A stretch of 39,685 nt of DNA from Candidatus Dormiibacterota bacterium (GTDB lineage Bacteria; Chloroflexota; Dormibacteria; Aeolococcales; Aeolococcaceae), in contig DATKEY010000227.1 in the NCBI GenBank assembly GCA_035544475.1, positions 1 to 39,685 of the forward strand, given 5' to 3'. A model generated the notes under the pieces. It was not told the DNA's origin and did not search any database. It saw only the letters and a list, made by a program, of their open reading frames with translations. A program made the position numbers and the translations under genes. Shown here piece after piece: positions 34,679 to 39,685 of the stretch. Positions within the stretch are counted from its first letter, which is position 1. Every line of letters begins with the position of its first letter.

Positions 34679-34696
34679 TGAATGAAGCTTCATTCA
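34679..34696. promoter_or_regulatory. 18-bp perfect palindrome TGAATGAAGCTTCATTCA, candidate TetR operator
   Basis: Read directly from the sequence and equal to its own reverse complement. It is AT-rich in a GC-rich region. It lies in the 127-nt divergent region between tetR (start 34651/34672) and the YtfJ-like gene (34779). Confidence 0.55.
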
Positions 34697-34778
34697 GTCT
34701 ACGTGGACGGGGCTCGCTGGGCAAGGAGCGCGGCGGCGCTACCCTCGACGCCTCGAACCAGTCCGTGGAGGGAGCGCG

Positions 34779-35129
34779 ATGCGCGCGGAGGAGATCCTCG
34801 ACCGGGTGCGCGACACCCTGACCATCCGCCAGGTCTTCGGTGAGCCGTACGAGCGCAACGGGACCCTGATCGTGCCCGTCGCCAGGCTCGTGGGTGGCGG
34901 CGGAGGAGGAGGGGGAGAGGGCAACAGCCCCGCCGAGGGCGGCGGGCGCGGCGGTGGCGGCGGGTTCGGCTTCGAGGCGCGCCCGGTCGGCGCCTACGTC
35001 ATCCGTGGCGACGAGGTGGCGTGGCGGCCCGCCGTCGACGTGACCCGGATCGCCCTCGGCGGGCAGATGGTCGCGATCGTCGCCCTGCTCGTCCTCCGAG
35101 GCGTGATCCGCCGGCTGACCCGGCGCTGA
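34779..35129 (+). CDS. YtfJ/GerW-family (sporulation-protein-like) protein
   Basis: Track ORF of 116 aa with a GGAGGGAG ribosome-binding site. It has the family-like motif FGEPYERNGTLIVPVA followed by a Gly-rich tract (GGGGGGGGEG...GGGRGGGGGFG) and a C-terminal TM helix. Confidence 0.7.
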   Translation: MRAEEILDRVRDTLTIRQVFGEPYERNGTLIVPVARLVGGGGGGGGEGNSPAEGGGRGGGGGFGFEARPVGAYVIRGDEVAWRPAVDVTRIALGGQMVAIVALLVLRGVIRRLTRR

Positions 35130-35132
35130 GGC

Positions 35133-35738
35133 TCAGGAGATCCCGCGGGGCTCGGGGACGAGGTCGGTCGCGGGCATCCACTCGAGCCTCCCGGCCGCCT
35201 CCAGCTCGCGCACCGCGGGCACCGGGTCGGGGTCGCCGTACGCACCGCGGTCGTCCTCCGCCTTCGCAGTGACGTCCGTGAGCCAGAACGACGCCTCGAG
35301 GGCGATGCCGTTCGGGTCGGTGAAGTAGATCGAGTGGATGAAGCCGTGGTCGATCTCCTCGGTCACCTCGACCTCGGCCTCCTGCAGCCGCGCCTGGAGG
35401 GCGAGCAGCGACTCGTGGTCCGGCAGGCTGAACGAGAGGTGGTCGAACTGCAGCGGCTGGCCGACCCGCCATCCCGCCGGCTTGCAGAAGGTCCCGCCGC
35501 CCTTCCACTCGAAGAAGGCGACGGTGTTCCCCGGCGCGATCTCGAAGAAGTAGTGGCGCATCGGTCCCGCCATGAGGGTCGCGACGAGCCGCATGCCGAG
35601 CACGCCGTGGTAGAAGCGGACGGTCGCGTCCATGTCGGGCGTGACGAGCGCGAGGTGGTTGACGCCCTGCCACGCCGGCCGCGGCATGTCCTGGATGGCG
35701 GCGGACGCCGTCCTCGGGGCTCCATCGCTGGCGGCCAT
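35133..35738 (-). CDS. VOC-family (glyoxalase/bleomycin-resistance/extradiol dioxygenase fold) protein
   Basis: Track ORF of 201 aa with a GAGGAGGG ribosome-binding site 6 nt upstream. The motifs are VNHLALVTPDMDATVRFYHGVLGM, FDHLSF and SIYFTDPNGIALE. Confidence 0.8.
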   Translation of the reverse strand: MAASDGAPRTASAAIQDMPRPAWQGVNHLALVTPDMDATVRFYHGVLGMRLVATLMAGPMRHYFFEIAPGNTVAFFEWKGGGTFCKPAGWRVGQPLQFDHLSFSLPDHESLLALQARLQEAEVEVTEEIDHGFIHSIYFTDPNGIALEASFWLTDVTAKAEDDRGAYGDPDPVPAVRELEAAGRLEWMPATDLVPEPRGIS

Positions 35739-35754
35739 CGATGCCCTCCTCTGA

Positions 35755-35946
35755 TCAGGCGACGCCGACGTTCCGGAGGAGTTCCACGAGGCTGTGGGCG
35801 ATCCGCGCCGCCTTGGCGTCGTCGACGGCGGCGGGATCGAGATCCGGGATGAAGCGGCCCACGCCGGCCGGGTCCTCGTCGACCAGGTAGCGCACCAGCG
35901 CGTGACCGATCTCCGCCGCGGTGAAGTCGTCCAGCACGTCCGCCAT
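35755..35946 (-). CDS. small (63 aa) acidic protein, unknown function
   Basis: The track ORF is 35755..35964 (GTG). ATG 35946 (MADVLDD...) is preceded by GGAGGAGAG. GC3 is high. Its stop lies 16 nt upstream of the VOC gene start, so the two are likely co-transcribed. Confidence 0.5.
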   Translation of the reverse strand: MADVLDDFTAAEIGHALVRYLVDEDPAGVGRFIPDLDPAAVDDAKAARIAHSLVELLRNVGVA

Positions 35947-36011
35947 GTCTCTCCTCCGGTGCACGACGCCCGCGGGTGCGCGGGCCCTCGACGACAGGGT
36001 ACTACCCCGCC

Positions 36012-36077
36012 TTCAGCCTTCCACCGGCGATTTCAGCGCTCCGCAAGGAGGGCTTCAGCGCCTCCCCCGATAGGAGG
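36012..36077. repeat. three direct TTCAGC boxes (36012, 36032, 36054), the last two fused to hairpin-capable units
   Basis: TTCAGC is found at 36012-17, 36032-37 and 36054-59, spaced 20 and 22 nt apart. CTCC-GCAA-GGAG lies at 36039-36050 and CCTCC-N7-GGAGG at 36061-36077. All are in the divergent intergenic region. Confidence 0.35.
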
Positions 36078-36100
36078 GCGCGGCCGGGTGAACCCGGCGA

Positions 36101-36129
36101 TTGACGACATCGCCGGCAGGCGTTAGGGT
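36101..36129 (+). promoter_or_regulatory. candidate housekeeping-sigma promoter: -35 TTGACG (36101-36106), 17-nt spacer, -10 TAGGGT (36124-36129)
   Basis: The hexamers and spacing were read from the sequence. TANNNT is the actinobacterial -10 consensus. It lies about 54 nt upstream of the 660-aa gene start. The -35 sits inside the inverted repeat GGCGAT-N7-ATCGCC (36096-36114). Confidence 0.4.
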
Positions 36130-36182
36130 GGCGGCCCGCCCCGGTCCGCGGCGGGAAGCTCATGACGCAGCTGGGGCGATGA

Positions 36183-38165
36183 GTGTTGAGGACCGGCCGG
36201 GGGGGGTGGATCCCTCGCCGGGTGGCGCTCGCCGCCGTCACCACGCTCGTGCTGACGGCGGTGTCCCCCGGCCCGTCGCTGCCGAGTCCGGATCGAGCGT
36301 ACGCCGCGTTCAACTGTGCGCTCCCGCGCTGCACCCCGCCGCTCCTCGACCACGGCGGTCCCGTGGTGCACGACCCGCGCGTCTACCTCGTCTTCTGGGG
36401 ACACCTCTGGTCCGGCGATCCCGGCGGCGTGGTCTCGGCGGAACAACGGCTGTTCCGGGGGCTCGCAGGCGCGGGCGGAACGTACAACGACATCCTCACG
36501 GACTACCACGACGATCGCGACTACGTGCACATCGACACGGTGCTCGCCGGCAGCTGGACGGACACGGCCGACCCCGCCGGGACGATCGATTTCCCGCAGC
36601 TGGCCGGAGAGGCGGCGCACGCAAGCGCGGTGAACGGCTGGTCGAACAGCTCGGAGACCGTGTACTTCGTTCTCACTCAGTCGGGTACTCCGACTCCGTA
36701 CCGGAGGTCGGGCACGTGCGGGTATCACGTTCCCTACACGGTCTCCGGTGCCACCTACCTCATCGCCACGGCGCTGTGGCCTTCGGATCAGGCCGGGTGC
36801 CTGAACGGGTTCGGCGGCGGCAACACGGCCGACGCGGTCACCGTGGCGTCATCCCACGAGTACGCGGAGACGGTGACCGACCCGATGCTCGACGCCTGGA
36901 GGACGGTCGACCCGGCGCCGGTGGAGATCGGTGACCTCTGCGAAGGGCTGTTGCCCGCGTTCGTGCGGATTCCGGGCGTGGGTTCCGTCCAGTTCCTGTA
37001 CGACGACGCCACGGGCCGCTGCGATTCCGGGCTCACGAGCCGCCAGGTCGTGCCGCCGAGGCGTGAGGGCGCCCTGAGCAGATACTCCGGGTCCGCCGGC
37101 CACTGGACCACATCCGGGTCGGTCACGTCGGGATTCACCGTCGAGTCGTCGCTCGGGTTCTCGCTGCAGAGCGCGTCCTCGCTCACGACCGCGGTCTACG
37201 AGTGCCGGCCGGCGGTGGGGGCCGGCCACTTCACGACCACGAGCAGCCTGTGCGAGGGCACGGTCAACATCCCGCTGCGGCTCGAGGGCTGGCTCTTCAC
37301 GTCGCCTCCGCCCAGCCCCCTGACCGGCACCGCCGTCTATCGGTGCCGTGCAGGCATCGATCACTTCGACAGCACGGCGTCCGGATGCGAGGGACAGATC
37401 GTCGAGGGCCTGCTCGGATATGCGCTGACCGAGGCGACGCTGGGCCGCTACACCGGCGCCGGATATCACCAGGTCAGCTCCGGTCAGGTGAACGTCCCCT
37501 ACCGCGCCGAGGAGCCTCTGGGGACGGTCATGTCCGCACCGACCGGCGGCGCACCGGTGAGGCCGATCTACAACTGCCTGGTCGGCGGCGGCCCGGGGTA
37601 CATGACGTCGACCGCATCCACCTGCGAGGGGACGCAGACCATCGGGCTGAGCGGCTACGTGTACACCACGCCTCCCCCGGGCGCGTCCGTCCTCCCGCTC
37701 TGGCGGTGCCGAGCCGGTGCTGATCACTTCGTGTCGAATGACCCCGGGTGCGAAGGCCAGGTCGCGGAATATCAGCTGGGCTACATCAGGCAGTCGGTCG
37801 GTCTCGCTCGGTACGCGGCTCCCGGCGACCACTGGTCGACGACCACCGGCATGGACGACGCGCACTCCTGGGACTCGATGCTCGGGTACCTGTTCGCCGC
37901 CGATCCACCCGACTCGACCGCACCCCTCTACGCGTGCATCACCGCCGCCGGCGGACACTTCACATCTCCCGACCCGGGATGCGAGGGGAACACCCGGCTG
38001 GCGCTCGACGGCTACGTGTACACGACGCCGCAGCCTGGGACGGCCGCGCTCTACCGCTGCGTGCTCGGGCTCGACCACTTCGACACCCTCAGCTCGGGAT
38101 GCGAGGACTCCGGCGGCACGAACGAGCTGACGCTCGGATACGTCGAGACTGGCGACGAAGGGTGA
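36183..38165 (+). CDS. secreted 660-aa protein: EXORDIUM/PHI-1-like N-terminal domain + nine Cys-patterned lectin/propeller-like repeats
   Basis: Track ORF with a GTG start and a signal peptide ending in AYA. Residues ~55-280 align by eye block-by-block to plant EXORDIUM: HGGPVVHDPRVYLVFWG; TVYFVLTQSG...GTCGYH; ADAVTVASSHEYAETVTDP; EIGDLCEG. Residues ~296-656 form a 3 x 122-aa super-repeat. Both domain names are from memory and unverified. Confidence 0.55.
   Translation: MLRTGRGGWIPRRVALAAVTTLVLTAVSPGPSLPSPDRAYAAFNCALPRCTPPLLDHGGPVVHDPRVYLVFWGHLWSGDPGGVVSAEQRLFRGLAGAGGTYNDILTDYHDDRDYVHIDTVLAGSWTDTADPAGTIDFPQLAGEAAHASAVNGWSNSSETVYFVLTQSGTPTPYRRSGTCGYHVPYTVSGATYLIATALWPSDQAGCLNGFGGGNTADAVTVASSHEYAETVTDPMLDAWRTVDPAPVEIGDLCEGLLPAFVRIPGVGSVQFLYDDATGRCDSGLTSRQVVPPRREGALSRYSGSAGHWTTSGSVTSGFTVESSLGFSLQSASSLTTAVYECRPAVGAGHFTTTSSLCEGTVNIPLRLEGWLFTSPPPSPLTGTAVYRCRAGIDHFDSTASGCEGQIVEGLLGYALTEATLGRYTGAGYHQVSSGQVNVPYRAEEPLGTVMSAPTGGAPVRPIYNCLVGGGPGYMTSTASTCEGTQTIGLSGYVYTTPPPGASVLPLWRCRAGADHFVSNDPGCEGQVAEYQLGYIRQSVGLARYAAPGDHWSTTTGMDDAHSWDSMLGYLFAADPPDSTAPLYACITAAGGHFTSPDPGCEGNTRLALDGYVYTTPQPGTAALYRCVLGLDHFDTLSSGCEDSGGTNELTLGYVETGDEG
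37068..38150 (+). repeat. in-frame tandem array inside the 660-aa CDS: 3 super-repeats of ~366 nt, each made of 3 sub-repeats (a-b-c)
   Basis: The R-Y anchor of the 'a' units sits at residues 299-300, 421-422 and 543-544, an exact 122-aa period. The 'b' units are xYxC...GHFTS...CEG......GYVYTTPxPG with Cys-Cys spacing of 16 (341/357, 465/481, 584/600). The 'c' units are LYRC..G.DHF.S...GCE(G/D)......LGY with spacing of 14 (388/402, 509/523, 626/640). Confidence 0.8.
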
Positions 38166-38782
38166 CGGGGCGGCCCCGCCGGCGCATACTGCGTGCGGCT
38201 GTGAGGTCTGCGCGCACTGGGGTCGTCCTTGGCATCCTGCTGGTGGGTGTCGCTCTGGCGGTCACCCTCGGCCTGTTGCTGCCCCATCGGTCCGCGCCCC
38301 CCGGCCGGGGACCGGCTTCCTCCGCGACGACCACGACATCGTCGGGGAACGCCTCCGCGCCGCCGTCCTCGGCTGCGCAGAGCGCCGTCTCCGCGCCACC
38401 GTCCTCTGCGTCCTCGACGGCCTCCCAGGCCGCTCCTCCGCCGGTCGCGGCGCCGGCGACACCATCGCCGACGCTTGCCCTGACCGAGGCGCAGGAGGGC
38501 CAGACCTTCACCCTGACGATGGGCACGGTCGTGAGCTTCAGCGTCAGGTCCGACGGACGCAACCGCTGGGGGCCGCCCCGCGCGCAGGACGAGACCATTC
38601 TCGCCCCGATGGTGTCGACCGCGGACTCCGACGGGAACGCCTCCGGGCGGTTCAGGGCGTCCAGGCGGGGAACCACCTATGTCCAGATGTTTCCCGCGAA
38701 CGGGTGCCCGACCCCGGCGTCCGGGGGCACGCCGATCCCCTGCATGCTCGGCAAGCTGGTCTGGAGGTTCGTGGTGTCCTGA
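38162..38782 (+). CDS. membrane-anchored Ser/Pro/Ala-rich protein with small beta-rich C-terminal domain, unknown function
   Basis: This is the in-frame C-terminal 206 aa of track ORF 37748..38782. GTG 38162 overlaps the upstream TGA (GTGA at 38162-38165). It has a basic N-terminus, a TM helix (VVLGILLVGVALAVTLGLLL), a low-complexity linker of about 70 aa, and a globular domain of about 95 aa with two Cys (NGCPTPASGGTPIPC). Confidence 0.5.
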   Translation: MTGRPRRRILRAAVRSARTGVVLGILLVGVALAVTLGLLLPHRSAPPGRGPASSATTTTSSGNASAPPSSAAQSAVSAPPSSASSTASQAAPPPVAAPATPSPTLALTEAQEGQTFTLTMGTVVSFSVRSDGRNRWGPPRAQDETILAPMVSTADSDGNASGRFRASRRGTTYVQMFPANGCPTPASGGTPIPCMLGKLVWRFVVS

Positions 38783-38795
38783 GCTCGGTCCGGGG

Positions 38796-38812
38796 TCTCC
38801 CCCCAGGGGAGA
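38796..38812 (+). terminator. hairpin TCTCCCC-CCA-GGGGAGA after the 38162..38782 gene
   Basis: Perfect 7-bp stem 14 nt after the stop codon. There is no T-tract. Confidence 0.3.
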
Positions 38813-38905
38813 GTCGAGCGGCGGATCGGGTCTTGACCCTCCAACCGCAGGAGCAGCGATGGTGGGATCGAGCCGGCCGCGCGGCCGGCGGAAAGGAATG
38901 CGCAC

Positions 38906-39226
38906 ATGAGCACCCTGGTCACCAACGAGCTCTTTGCCCAGCCCGGTCGTGGGGACGATGTCGCCAACCTGCTGTTGGAGATCCTGGGCGAGAGCCTTCA
39001 GTGGGATGGCTGCGAGACCATCCGGATCGTGCGGGATCAGGACGACCCCGATCACGTGGCCGGCTTCACGGAATGGACCGAGCGCCGCAACTTCGACGAC
39101 TACCTCGCGTGGCGGACGGAGCGCGGCTTCAGCGACACCTTCCTGGCCATGATGACCCGGCCGTTCGTCATCCACTACTACGACACGGCGTTCTTCGACC
39201 AGGGCGTCGCCGCACGCCGGCGCTGA
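38906..39226 (+). CDS. ABM-domain (antibiotic-biosynthesis/quinol monooxygenase-like) protein
   Basis: Track ORF of 106 aa with a GAAAGGAA ribosome-binding site. The ferredoxin-like ABM pattern is present (LFAQPGRGDDVANLLLEIL...C..IRIVRDQDDPDHVAGFTEW..R..FDDYLAW). Confidence 0.7.
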   Translation: MSTLVTNELFAQPGRGDDVANLLLEILGESLQWDGCETIRIVRDQDDPDHVAGFTEWTERRNFDDYLAWRTERGFSDTFLAMMTRPFVIHYYDTAFFDQGVAARRR

Positions 39227-39250
39227 CGGCCTGGGGTCGACCGCCGCCTC

Positions 39251-39281
39251 GGGCCCCCGGCCGCGCGGCGGTCGGGGGCCC
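39251..39281. terminator. strong GC hairpin between convergent genes (bidirectional terminator candidate)
   Basis: GGGCCCCCGGCCGC-GCG-GCGGTCGGGGGCCC forms a 14-bp stem with one G-U pair and a 3-nt loop. It lies between the ABM gene stop (39226) and the membrane-protein gene stop (39356). Confidence 0.5.
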
Positions 39282-39355
39282 CGTCTCCACACCCGGAGGT
39301 GTTGCGGCCGGAGCTGACATCAATACCGAGCGACCCTGCGCTCGCGAGGGCTGGC

Positions 39356-39685
39356 CTATGGGATGGTGTGCCCGGTCGCCAGGATCCAGGCGGGCACCCA
39401 GAACGTGTAGACGGCGGTGCCGATCAGGATGGTTCCCAGCGCTCGTGGCTGGAACTTCCCGTACGTCGTCGCTGCGATGCAGAGGAAGGTGACCGCCCAG
39501 AAGATGAGGATCGACCGGAACATCCAGCCCCCATCGAAGAACTGCCAGTAGGCGAGGGGAGCGAGCGCCACCGCGGCCGACACGTTCCCCAGCGGGCGCA
39601 GGTCCAGTCCGAGGATCTCGGTGACGCCGAGCAGGGTGAAGAAGGCCGCGTAGAAGATGATCAGGCCGGCGAGCAGGACGGAGGC
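39356..39685 (-). CDS. integral membrane protein, unknown function (5' end outside window)
   Basis: The track ORF is 39356..39583, but the frame stays open to the window edge (…ASVLLAGLIIFYAAFFTLLGVTEILGLDLRPLGN-VSAAVALAPL…). It is hydrophobic throughout. Confidence 0.5.
   Translation of the reverse strand, partial: ASVLLAGLIIFYAAFFTLLGVTEILGLDLRPLGNVSAAVALAPLAYWQFFDGGWMFRSILIFWAVTFLCIAATTYGKFQPRALGTILIGTAVYTFWVPAWILATGHTIP

Noticed and set aside
34652-34693. ATG 34693 as the tetR start (216-aa version in the ORF track)
   Set aside because: That ATG lies inside the 18-bp palindrome, and the following codons (AAG CTT CAT TCA CCT) lack the genome's G/C third-position bias. The downstream ATG 34651 has a ribosome-binding site.
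38873-38888. 16-bp perfect palindrome CCGGCCGCGCGGCCGG upstream of the ABM gene
   Set aside because: It is made only of G and C in a very GC-rich genome, so chance occurrence is plausible, and there is no partner regulator gene. It is noted but not called as an operator.
1-39685. tRNA/rRNA genes, CRISPR arrays, IS elements/transposases, integrases, toxin-antitoxin pairs, LPXTG sorting signals
   Set aside because: I looked through all intergenic regions and ORF translations. I saw no T-loop (GGTTCGAATCC-like) motif, no spaced identical repeats, no DDE or tyrosine-recombinase motifs, and no C-terminal LPXTG plus hydrophobic tail. Visual inspection could miss degenerate elements.

Overview
High-GC, Actinomycetota-like chromosomal window that is almost entirely coding: about 40 genes, with no rRNA, tRNA, CRISPR array or IS element seen. 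Many very long Arg/Pro/Gly/Ala-rich ORFs in the track are off-frame or antisense shadows of the real genes and were discarded. All family calls come from motifs read by eye; no database search was run.

Gene content, left to right:
- (1) 1-3.65 kb: the 3' end of a T4SS-type conjugation module, with an SCO6880/PrgI-like membrane protein that runs off the window, a VirB4-like ATPase and an SLT+M23 wall hydrolase. All three are translationally coupled.
- (2) 3.6-5.2 kb: a secreted LVIVD-repeat propeller protein.
- (3) 5.3-23.7 kb: a long minus-strand block. It holds a complete mce lipid-uptake operon (2 YrbE/MlaE permeases, 6 Mce proteins, 1 Mas protein), a coupled DUF445 / Abi-alpha-like pair, korAB, and a four-gene Opu-type compatible-solute ABC transporter preceded by two small ORFs.
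- (4) 23.9-26.7 kb: a lipoprotein with two amicyanin-like copper sites coupled to a PHP-domain protein, then a sortase-like secreted protein behind a structured 260-nt leader.
- (5) 27-34.7 kb, minus strand: 2-oxoacid dehydrogenase E1 alpha/beta without E2, a membrane GGDEF cyclase, a polytopic membrane protein, and a translationally coupled tetR-P450-adenylate cyclase operon with an 18-bp AT-rich perfect palindrome at its promoter.
- (6) 34.8-39.7 kb: a YtfJ/GerW-like protein, a small ORF plus a VOC enzyme, a secreted 660-aa protein coupled to a membrane-anchored Ser/Pro-rich partner, an ABM monooxygenase, and a partial membrane protein. The 660-aa gene has lower GC than the rest of the window. 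It encodes an EXORDIUM/PHI-1-like N-domain followed by a 3 x 122-aa cysteine-patterned repeat array.

The most unusual candidates are the EXORDIUM-like repeat protein with its partner, the tetR-P450-cyclase operon, and the DUF445/Abi-alpha pair.
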